Below are positions 12,001 to 22,100 of a DNA stretch of 64,000 nucleotides, piece after piece (position 1 is the first letter of the stretch; every line of letters begins with the position of its first letter). Both the position numbers and the translations under genes were made by a program. The notes beneath the pieces were generated by a model. It had not been told where the DNA came from. It saw nothing but the letters and a program-made list of their open reading frames with translations, and searched no databases. Origin of the DNA: Heteronotia binoei. Its lineage: Eukaryota. Location of the stretch: positions 46,438,001-46,502,000 of the forward strand of contig NC_083236.1 in NCBI RefSeq assembly GCF_032191835.1, given 5' to 3'.

Positions 12001-13551
12001 CCAGGTTTGAGTGGCCACTCCACCATGGAAGCTTGCTGGGTGGCCAGTCACACATTCTGAGCCTGGTCTTCCTGCCTCATGGGTGTCTTGTGACAATAAG
12101 ATGGAGAAGGGGAGCATGTTGTAAGCCACTTTGGGTGCCCATACCCGTGTGGGAAAAAGTGGGGTTTAAATGAGATACAAATCTAAATAAGGTTGTAGTA
12201 TAATCATAGAATCATAGAGTTGGAAGGGACCTCCAGGGTCATCTAGTCCTGTGGCTCCCGACCTTTTTGGCACCAGGGACCGGTTTCGTGGAAGACAATT
12301 TTTCCATGGACCGGGGTGGGGGGTGGGGAAAGACTGGGGTTTTTGCCTGCCCCCCCACCTTTCCCCTGCCATCCATGGAGGTCTTTAAATGAGGGGTAGG
12401 CAAAGGTCATTGCTACACTGCCCTTTTCACTGGGACCTGGGTGGATGAAAGAGGTGAAGCTTCGGAGCGAGGTCACGACCCTCACCTACCAGGTCCCGGG
12501 CAGGCAGAAGGGGCAGTGGAGCTGCTCTGCCTCACTCCAAGGCTGCCTCCCCTGCAAGGGGATCATATTTTATAAAATATAATATTTATATTATTTCATT
12601 TAAACCCCATTTTAAACCCAGTGACTGGCATTATAAATCGCTGAAAGTCTTCCTCTCCCAAACCCCACCATCCCCAGGCTCTGCCCTCCCCGAAATCTCC
12701 AGGAATTTCTCAAACCAAAGCTGGCAACCCTAGACTGATATTCCATGGAAATTCACAGTGTTTTTGTTTATTTAGTTAATTTATTTCTTAGCCACCCCTC
12801 CAGAAAACTGCTTGAAGTGGCTAGGAAGGTGTGATGATTCCCACATTTTGTGTGCAGCAGGTGTTCACACCTGCCTCCAGACAAGGAGGATCCACTTAGC
12901 ATTCCAAACCATCAACTGACCTGACAACCTGGACAATGGTGCTGGGGTAGGGTTGTCATCTCTAGGTTGAGGAATACCTGGATATTGGGGGGGAGGGGGA
13001 TAGAGCCTGGGAGGGGGGGGATTGGGAGGAAAGGGGTCGCAGCAGAGTACAGTGCCACAGAGTTCAACCTCTCGAGCAGCCATTTTCTCCAGCAGAACTG
13101 ATCCCTGTGGTCTGGAGACCAGATGTAACAGCAGGAGATCTCCACTCTCCACCTGGAGGTTGGCTGACTTCACTGGGGCCCTGTGGGGCTTGCCTGCTTT
13201 TTGTGCCCTCAGCTTCCCCACCCTCTGGTTTTCTAGGGCTAGGGCTGCTGAGTGGATTGGTGAACCTCTGGAGACTTGGATGGATCAGCTTATGAGAAAT
13301 GTTGGCTTTTGTTATCTGGATGTGGTAAATGAGTGCTGTTATTGACATATTTGGTCAATCATTCTCATTGACCTTTTGTTCACGATGCCAGTTCTCCTTG
13401 CATAACATACCTTTTCCCTCTCTTTTCATTGGTAAAGGCCCCAGTGACAGCAGACACAAGAGTGCGAGTGATTCTGAACACCCTCGGCCGTCTCTCTGAG
13501 AAAGACAATGGTGCTTTTTTGAACTGGGAGGGGATAGTCCTGCCTTGGTGA
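2949..13551 (+). CDS. C-factor/CsgA-like SDR gene 1, join(2949-3095,4801-4852,7853-8040,11000-11158,11808-11918,13438-13551), 256 aa
   Basis: Six GT-AG exons with matching phases (0,1,0,0,0) total 771 nt and are open to TGA. Motifs: TGSNRGIG (Rossmann), CR after beta2, LINNAG, catalytic Ser (NMTS), [15 protein letters not shown]-terminal NWEG..LPW typical of the CsgA/Sniffer SDR clade. Confidence 0.93.
3885..4757. mobile_element. hAT-like non-autonomous element (GGGGTGTCAAAC ends) interrupted by a SINE
   Basis: Ends ggggtgtcaaac ... acacccctg. A reverse-orientation relative lies at ~100-660. Confidence 0.6.
4062..4326 (+). mobile_element. Squam3/Ther1-like CORE SINE
   Basis: tRNA-like head (gagagccag...ggtttgattcccc), cctcacagggtgt core, ggggtataaat...(ctt)n tail. 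Confidence 0.75.
4801..4852 (+). CDS. SDR gene 1 exon 2 (DLKDVAAKHPEVKIILL)
   Basis: tctctttcag acceptor, 52 nt, G|gtatgt donor; same size as the paralogous exons 2. Confidence 0.9.
5879..5953 (+). ncRNA. Candidate type I hammerhead ribozyme (Penelope-type)
   Basis: Core CTGATGA 5890-5896, GAAAC 5911-5915, GTC cleavage triplet 5938-5940. Stem I: gagg/cctc plus gagaaaa/ttttctc around a 2-nt bulge. Stem III: ACC/GGT. Weak stem II. Paired by eye only. Confidence 0.55.
7853..8040 (+). CDS. SDR gene 1 exon 3 (EVTDSSSIQ...LINNAG...GPMMVSQ)
   Basis: 188 nt, ctgcag acceptor, CAG|gtaagg donor, NNAG motif. Confidence 0.93.
9503..10842 (-). mobile_element. Solo LTR (1340 bp) of an LTR retroelement/ERV in SDR gene 1 intron 3
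   Basis: TG...CA ends with imperfect terminal inverted repeats (tgtaagccaaaatgccc / tgtgagaaaaatgcccc) and a 4-bp TSD AGGG (9499-9502, 10843-10846). It splits a TAGGGTTGCCA-type MITE. Minus-strand order is CCAAT boxes (~10060-10140), TATA-like (~9935), AATAAA (9655-9660). Confidence 0.78.
11000..11158 (+). CDS. SDR gene 1 exon 4 (AFLPLLRKAS...INYRCSK)
   Basis: 159 nt, tttctccag acceptor, AAG|gtatgc donor, YxxSK catalytic motif. Confidence 0.93.
11474..11802 (+). mobile_element. Squam3/Ther1-like SINE abutting the SDR gene 1 exon 5 acceptor
   Basis: Family head and tail; the tail ends 5 nt before the exon. Confidence 0.75.
11808..11918 (+). CDS. SDR gene 1 exon 5 (TALNMLTRCQS...[13 protein letters not shown])
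   Basis: 111 nt, ttttatag acceptor, CAG|gtaggt donor. Confidence 0.92.
13438..13551 (+). CDS. SDR gene 1 exon 6 (APVTADT...NWEGIVLPW-stop)
   Basis: 114 nt including TGA, pyrimidine tract then aag acceptor; homologous to the last exons of the paralogues. Confidence 0.9.
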   Translation, partial: APVTADTRVRVILNTLGRLSEKDNGAFLNWEGIVLPW

Positions 13552-13594
13552 GGTCCAAACTGCCCGATGGTTGCCTTTCCAGAAGAATCTCTCA

Positions 13595-14087
13595 TAGGGT
13601 TGCCAAGTCTGACTAAGGAAATATCTGGGGACTTTTGGGGTGGAGCCAGGGGACTTTGGGGGTGAAACCAAGAGCAAGATTGTGACAAGCACGATTGAAC
13701 TCCGAAGGAAGTTTCGGCCATCACATTTAAAGGGACCACATTTCTTTTAAATGCCTTTCCTTCATTGGAAATAATGGAGTATGGGGGTACCTTCTATGGG
13801 GGTCATAGAATTGGACCACCGGTCCAATCTTTTTGAAACTTGGGGTGTTTTTCTGAGGAGAGGCACTAGATGCTATGCTGCAACTTTGCTGCCTCTACCT
13901 TAAAAAAAAACCCCAAGGCTCCAGATACCCACAGATTGATTCACTATTATACCCTATGGGGAACCAGTCTCCATAGGGTATAGTGGAGTGCCCATTTCCT
14001 CCCCCCTCCTGTTTCTGATATCCCTGAAGTGTGGGGGGAGGGCCTCCAAGCCAGGGAATCCCCTGCCCCCAACTGGTGATTGCCAAG
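13595..14087. mobile_element. TAGGGTTGCCA-type hAT MITE (most abundant family), 44 nt after the SDR gene 1 stop
   Basis: TIR start and family-diagnostic internal sequence. Related copies at 1-97, 672-824, 6998-7472, 14463-14925, 27079-28297, 30459-31219 and 50506-50878. Confidence 0.8.
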
Positions 14088-15972
14088 TGATACAAATCTA
14101 AATCAGAGCTACTCCAATGTGATTCAATAGAACTACAAAAATATTTATCAAATTCCTCAGTACAGAAGGAGTGCTTTCTTGTTGGAATTTTTTTTCCTTG
14201 TTGGAGAATGGTCATCATTTCAACGTCATTCTTCCATACCAACAGGGTGAAAACACCTCACAACACAGGTGTGAACATCCCTTGCAAGTGCAACAGACAG
14301 CCAACTTGATGCATCTGTTTCAATGTTAATTTCTTCAGGAAAGGGATTATCCACAATAGAATATTCAAAATAGGGAACAAAGTCTCCAAATCTCTGACAA
14401 TTCAAACTGGGACTAAAAGTCTACACAATGTACAAGTTAGCATTTGCTCACCAGGCTTCCAGCTAGGGTTACCAGGTCTGACTCAAGAAATATCTTGGGA
14501 CTTTGGGGGTGGAGCCAGGAGCAAAGTTGTGGCCAGGGGTCATTTTGTAGAAAAATAGGTGGTGGAGCTCATCCAGGGATTGTTATGCAGCTGCACATAC
14601 TATTCAATGGACAAGGAGGTGGAACTCTCAGAAAGAGGAGGCGGAACTCTCGGAAAGGTTCAGGAGCTGTGTTCCCGTGAGCTCCCACTGAATCTGAGGC
14701 CTGGTTGTGGCAAGCATAATTGAGTTTAGAAGGGAGTTCTGGCCCTCACATTTAAAAGGGACCACATGCCTTCTAAATGCCTTCCCTCCATTTGGAATAA
14801 CAAAGAATGGGGCACCTTCTTTTGGAGCTCATAGAATTGGACTCCCTGGTCCAATATTTTTGAAACCTGGGGAGTGTTTTGAGGAGAGGCACTGGATGCT
14901 ATGCTGAAATTTGGTGCCTCCAGCACATAATTTAGCTGAGTAATGTACTTATGTGCTATGAAGTTGCGACAAACTTACGTTGACCTCAGCAAGAGACTTT
15001 CAAGACAAGTAGGCAGCAGAGATGGTTTGCCATTGCTTTCCTCAGCAGTCTTCCTTGGTGGTCTCCCATATGAATATTGACCTTGCTTAGCTTCCAAAAC
15101 CTGATGGGATCTGGTTATACCATGCTGCCTTCCTTCTGATTACTTTTACCTACTCCTATTCAATTTATCAGCTTTTCAGGGACAGTATTTTTAAAACCAG
15201 ACATCCTCGGTTGCCATCAGGTTTGGAATAATTCAAGCTAAATCGATGGTTAATTATTTTGTTAAACTCATTTATTAATTTCAGTATTAATTAATAAACC
15301 ATTAAGTTAAAAGAAACTGGATATTTGTGGTTTCTCTGCTATGCAACAAGTAGATCTGTAAAACGTTTGAATTTCACTCAGCCAGAGGTCTATCCAGTAA
15401 GGCACACAGCTCTCCCCTGCTTTTTCTAATCATATTTCAAAGTCTTAAATCACAAGGATTGCCCTTCCGATTTCTCCGTGTCTGGAGCAAGGGAGGGGAG
15501 GATTTTGCATGCACTGCCCCACCGTCACTTTCAAGATGCTGCCAGGCCTTGCTTTGCATGTGACCTATAAAAGTCCTTCTAAGCCACTTATCCTCTCCAA
15601 CATTGCTATTTGAGCTGCTTGCCTTTGCTGTGTGTATCAGTTCACGGAAATCTTTTCATTCACAGTCCAAGGGTCACCGAAAAGTTTACAAAAATCAATA
15701 ATGTTCCAACAGCCACTCCACCACTCATACCTCTATCTCATTAACCCCCACCTCGAAATATAACAAGGCAGTGCTTTTAGGAAACCCTCTCATTCCCATC
15801 TTTAAAAAAAAAAATACAGTCCAGGTCAGCTGAGCAACCCTGGCATGCAGCCCAGTGCAGAATCCGAGTGGGCAAAGGACTCAAGTGGCTTACATTATAA
15901 CTGCGTTGAGGAACCAGAGGTTATAGTTAGCCGAATTGCAGCTGGCTTCTCAAATCAGGCCCAGCCAGCACA

Positions 15973-16113
15973 ATGCTGAATGCAAGAAGCGTCCTGGTAA
16001 CAGGATCCAACCGGGGCATTGGCTTGGAGCTGATCCGGCAGCTGCTGGGAAAAAGCAAGCGGCCAGAATGGGTCTTTGCTACCTGCAGGGACCCAGAGGG
16101 ACCACGTGGCCAG
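15973..16113 (+). CDS. SDR gene 2 exon 1 (MLNARSVLVTGSNRGIG...GPRGQ)
   Basis: 47 codons, CAG|gtgagt donor. Confidence 0.93.
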
Positions 16114-19100
16114 GTGAGTGTTAGAGCAGAGTCAGCTGTACTTTGGAAGGAGATGCCACAAGTAACAGAGAGCCAGTTTGGTGTAGTGGTTAAGTATGTG
16201 GACTTTTATCTGAGAGAACCAGGTTTGATTCCCCACTCCTCCACTTGCAGCTGCTGGAATGGCCTTAGATCAGCCATAGTTCTTGCAGGAGTTGTCCTTG
16301 AAAGGGCAGCTGCTGTGAGAGCCCCCTCAGCCCCACCCACCTCACAGGGTGTCTGTTGTGGGGGAAGAAAATATAGGCGATTGTAAGCCTCTCTGATTCA
16401 GAGAGAAGGACGGGGTATAAATCTGTAGTCTTCTTCTTAGGGGATGCCCAAGAGAGCTGAGTGGCTGTTTGGGGCACTAAACCTTGACAGTGGTGATATG
16501 GAATGTTGTCTCCTGTGTTGGTGCCATTGCAGTCTGGAGCCCATGGTGGACCAAAAGGGTATGGGAAGTGGGCAGAGCTCGAGTCAGGTCTCTGAGAGAT
16601 TCAAACAGATCGGGCAAGGTTTCTCAGTCTTCCTGCATGAGGGGCAGGTTGGGTAACATGAGGTATGTTCAGTGAACCCCCTAAACTCAAATTAGTTGAT
16701 ATGCTTTGATCAATTTTTTGTTTTGGGAATTAAGATTAGGGAGAGCATTAAAAGGCAAAATAATAATCTTATTGGGTGTTAGAAATTATAAGAATAAAAC
16801 AAACAAGTGGGAACCCAAAAGGACTTTGGGGGGGACATCTAATTTCCCCCTCTCCCACTATTTTGTCTTTCCCTTCCCTGAAAGCCCCCATAGCCTCTCC
16901 CCTTTTCCTGCTTCTTTCTCTCCTTCCCACCCAAGGGACAGCCTCCCTTTAACAGCCCTTCTGCCTTCAGCTTTCCCTTTGCTACCACCAATGGCCTCTG
17001 TTTTGGGGAACTTGTGTGGGAGAGAATCCACAAGGACTTGCAGGGAACACCGTGCTTCTCCCTGTATCTACCCTCCCCACACGATTTCCTTTTTCTTTCC
17101 TTCTGACAACTGTCATATCCTGTCCCCTTTCTCTGTCTCATTCTCGCCTGCTCAGTCGTTTACCTACCTTTTATTTACCTCCCATTTTATTTACCTCAGC
17201 TATATTTATTATTTATTTAACTTGCTGTTTATACCTCGCCTTTCTGCACAGCAGGAACCAAAGCTGCTTGTATCATTCTCCCCCCCTTCCTTTTTACTCT
17301 CACAACAACCCTATGAGGTAGGTTAGGCAGAAATAGGGTTGCCAGGTCCGACTCAGCAAATATCTAGGGACTTTGGGGGTGGAGCCAACAGCAAAGTTGT
17401 GACAAGCACAATTGAACTTTGAAGGAAGTTCTGGCCATCACATTTAAAGAGGCCACACTCATCTTAAACACTTTCCCTTCATTGGAAATAATGGAAGATG
17501 GGGGCATCTTCTTTTAGGTCCAATCATTTTGAAACTTGGGGAGTTTTTTTGAAGAGCGGCACCAGGTGCTATGCTGAAAATTTGGTGTCTCTATCTTAAA
17601 AAAAAAAACCAGTTCCCCAGGGTCCCAGATAGCCAAGGACTGATTCTCCATTATACCCTATGGGGACCAGTTTCCATAGGATATAATAGAGTGCCCAGTG
17701 GATATTCAACCCCCACCTCATTTTCTGATAACCCTGAAGTTGGGGGAAGGGTCTCCAAATCAGGGGATCCTCTGCCCCTAACTGGGGACTGGCAACCCTA
17801 GTGATGTGACCCAAAATCACCTCATGAGTTTCCATGGCGGACTGGTGATTTCAACATGGGTCTCCCAGGTTCTGTTATGAAACTCTAATTGCCAAACCTT
17901 CTGCAAAGGCCAAAACCACCTTGGAAAGACTCCTGTCCTTATTGCCTAGAATGCTGTAGTTGCTGAGCAATGGCCACTGAGAACTTTGTTTCTTAAAACT
18001 ACAGGCACCCCTTTATCATTTTAGGGCCCTTGAAACCCCAAGTTTATTTTTATTTTTTTAGATGTCAGAGGGGGGATTTTGTTTGTTTGTTTTTTGCAAA
18101 CATGGGGTTCTTCTCAGGTTTGTTGAAATATCCATCTTGGCCATATGGGCTCCGGTCACCAGATTTAAATACTCAGATTTGCCAACTGCTATTAGAATAG
18201 GGGGGGACCCCTGTGAGATGCAGGGGGAATTCCACCTCCTAAGGACACCCTGGGATTGGGAGTAAACCCTATTGACTGATTTGGGACTTCGGAATTGATC
18301 AGCTGCCTAAATAAAGAATCTAAATCACAGGGTTTGGTGAAAGGGTTTTGTTCGAGCAGGTTTTTCCTCCGAATTTTCTTCTCAACGAAATATTATTATT
18401 CACTCTTGAACGCTCCCCTTGAACTCCCCAATCAACATAGCTTGTTTTCGGTACAAGCCAAGAAACTGTCTACAGGGTTTTGTAAAAGCAAAACAGGACA
18501 GAGCAATAGATAGTTTTCCTCTCCTGCACCCCGAGAAACCAGAAATCAGATGGGATTTAACCTCTCCCTGCCCTTCTGCTCTGGTGGTGGCAGTGGAAAG
18601 TTCCATCAAGCAGGCACAGCCAACTTATGGCAACCAAGAGACATTCAGAGTTCATTGCTTGCCTCTGCCTAGTGACCTTGGACTTCCTTGGAGGTCTCCC
18701 ATCCAAATACGAAACCGGGCTGACCCTGCTTAGCTTCCAAGATCTGAAAAGGTCGGGCTAGCCTGACTCCCTATCTCATAGCAAACAAACCGGGACACTG
18801 GTTGTTACATCATAAATGTCTGGCTTTTTTTTCTTTCAGGAGCTGAAGGGTTTGGCTGCCAAGCACCATGAAATGAAGATCGTTCCCCTTGGTATGCGTT
18901 TGTGCCCCCCTACACCAATTCTCCAGTTTGGTGTAGTGGCTAAGTGTGCGGTCTCTTATCTGGGAGAACTGGGTTTGATTCCCCACTCCTCCACTTGCAG
19001 CTGCTGGAATGGCCTTGGGTCAGCCATCGCTCTTGCAGGAGTTGTCCTTGAAAGAGCAGCTTAGAATCAGCCTGGGCCCTGTCGAAACACATAGAGGCGA

Positions 19101-22100
19101 GCCTCATCGCCTGCCTGCCCCGCCCCCGGCATGATCAGAGGTGAGCCACAGTGAGGCTCGGGCTGCTTCAACAGGGCTCGGGGGGGGGGGGGGCTGTTTT
19201 CTTGTGGTAGATGCACCAAATTTGTAGCATCTGATGACTCTCTTCAGAACACCCTCCAAGTTTCAAAAAGATTGGACCAGGGGGTCCAATTCTATGAGCC
19301 ACCCAAAAGAAGGTGCCCCTATCCTTCATTATTTCCAATGGAGGGAAGGCATTTAAAAGGTGTGCAGTCCCTTTAAATGTGATGGCCAGAATTCCCTTTG
19401 GAGTTCAGTCATGCTTGTCACAACCTTGCTCTTGGTTCCACCCCCAAAGTATCCTGACTCCACTTAATTTGCACAACTGTTTTTTGCCAGAAACTATAAT
19501 AAATCTACATTCATTGATTGATCATCCCTGCAGTGACACCTTGTGGAATTGTTTCTCCTTTCTCATGCTGAAAATTAAGTTTCTTAAGATGATTTTTTTT
19601 AAATAGAGGAGAGGAGTTGTGCACCATGTTATTGCTGAAGCAAGGATAATGCAACACTTTGTGAAATGGCTAGAATGCAGTTTAGAAACACTTTAAATGA
19701 CCACGCAGAAAGGCCATTGGTCTTCTTGAGACTTCCATCCTTCTGAATGCTAAAATGTATTCTGTTGATGAAGCAGGAGAGTGCGCATAAAGGATATGAT
19801 GTCAGTCCCAGGACCACATTGAATTCTAGGCAAAGCAGAAGCCTAGTTGAGGCACATCAATTTGAAGTAATTGTGACTTCAGAGAGTGGTTTGAATTTCC
19901 TCAGTCCTTTCAGGCATAAGCAGGGCTTTACTGAGTAGCCTCTAGATTGGATCCTCCCCCACACACAGGATTCCACCCACCTCAGCCTGCCCTTTCCCAA
20001 AAGTCAGACTAAATGGTACCAGGTCTGCTCATTACCAGAGACAAACTTAACGATCAGGTACCCTATTCTCTCTCAGAGGCAGAGCTAAACCCATCTGCCC
20101 CACTACCAAGCGGAGCTACCCTTCACTCTGTCTGCTCTTTTTCTGAGCCAGACCTGAGCTTTCCCTTATCTCTCTCTGAGGCAGACCCAAACTGATCTCT
20201 CGCCTCCTGTGCTTCCCTCCAGCATAACATCCCCCTTCTCAGGGCTCTTTTTGTAGCAGGAGTTCCTCTGCATATTAGGCCACACACCCCTGATGTAGCC
20301 AATCATCCTGGAGCTTACAGTAGGCTCTGTATTAACAGCCCCCTAAGCTCCTGGAGGATTGGCTACATCAGAGGGTGTGGCCTAATATGCAGAGAAGCTC
20401 CTGCTAGAAAAAGAGTCCTGTCCCTTCTGACGATTGGATGCCGGAGCAGGACTCCCACTGACTCAGCTGAGTGGTGGTTTTTTCCCCTTCAGAGGCAAGA
20501 CAGCCTCCTGTCCACAGGGCCGGCCTTGCCATTAGGGCGCTGGCCATCTGGGGGCACCAAACTGATCACCCCCATGTGACTCGATGACATTATCAGTGCG
20601 GGGGGGGGGGGGCTAGGGTGGCAGACAGTCTAGGGCTGGCCCTGCCTGTCCATCACATGCCTATGGAACATGCACCATCCACAGGGCTGCATTTAAAAGA
20701 GGGTGAAAAGAAACCAATGAAGACCTATGGCCTGAGGAGAAAGGCAATAAGGAGAAAGGACATAAGAAGGACCTGGGTAACAGAACTCACTCTCGCTTCC
20801 AAGGACAAGGGAGTGTGTGGGAACACCCCCATGGGCAGGAATGAGTAGGGCACACAACAGTTTATTGTAACAAAATAAAACAGAAGTCCAGTGATCCTGC
20901 TTTGTATGTTGGAATTCACTTCTTCAGATGCAATGGGGAAAAGAAAATCATTTTCCTCATTTTGATTTAGCAAATTACCAAAAGGGAGAGGGAAAAGGGA
21001 GGAGATGAGCAAAGAGAGTCCTGGTTCTCTAGGTTAAAGACCAGCAGTTTTTAGTGAGGACAGGAATGTGAACCAAGTCCCCAAAATCCTAGTCCAACAC
21101 TCTGGCCGCTACACTACATCAACTACAGCACACCGACTCTCAGGAATAGATACTGGCCAAAATGCTCCATCTTTGATGACCTTTCAAACCTTCTGTTTGC
21201 TGCTGCAGAGGCCACAGATCCATCCAGCATCCAGGCTGCTGCCACTGAAGTAACTGAAACGCTGCAAGGAGCTGGGCTGAACCTCCTGATCAACAATGCA
21301 GCGATTGCAAGGCTGAGCACTCTGGAATCGGAGACGCCAGAGGACATGTCTGAGCTTTACAAAAACAACACAATAGGGCCCATGCTGGTGACCAAGGTAA
21401 GGACGTCCAAGGGCCACATCTTCACAAAAACGTCTTGTGTTTCACAGCCCTTAACACCTGCAGAATTTGGTGGCTTGATTATGGGATTGCAAGGTGCCCT
21501 TTGTTTTATAGGCAAAAGTGTTTTGCCTAATGGATAGCTGGGAAACAGAAATCCAAGTAGTGTGAAAAAGAACAAGAGTCCAGTAGCACCTTAAAGGCTC
21601 ACAACATTTGTGGTAGGGTAGGAGCTTTTGGGAGTCACTGCTCAGTTCTTCAGTAGTGCACAACTTTTCATTTTTGGATGGGGACATGAATTACATCTAT
21701 TGAAACTAGGGTTGCCAATCCCCAGGTGGGGGCAGAGAATCCCTCGATTTGCCCCCCCCCCCGCTTCAGGGTCATCAGAAAGTGGGGGGAGAGGAGGGAA
21801 ATGTCTGCTGGGAACTCTTATTATTCCCTATGAAAACTGATTTCCATAGAGTATAATGGAGAATTGTTCTGCAGGTATCTAGGGCTCTGGGGGGCTTTTA
21901 TTTGAGGTAGAGATACCAAATTTTCAGCATAGCATCTAGTGCCTCTCCTCAACGCAACCTCCAAGTTTCAAAATGATCGGACCAGGGGGTCCAATTCTAT
22001 GAGTCCCCAAAAAGGTGCCCCTATCCTTCATTATTCCCAATGGAAGGAAAGCATTTAAATGTGATGGCCAGAACTCTCTTTGGAGTTCAATTATGCTTGT

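Noticed and set aside
14100-14420. Unique-looking minus-strand open stretch (CQRFGDFVPYFEYSIVDNPFPEE...)
   Set aside because: No family recognised, no start or clear exon pair, and short; a tBLASTx search would be needed.
16706-17326. 206-aa ORF
   Set aside because: Pyrimidine-rich low-complexity intron sequence with no recognisable domain.
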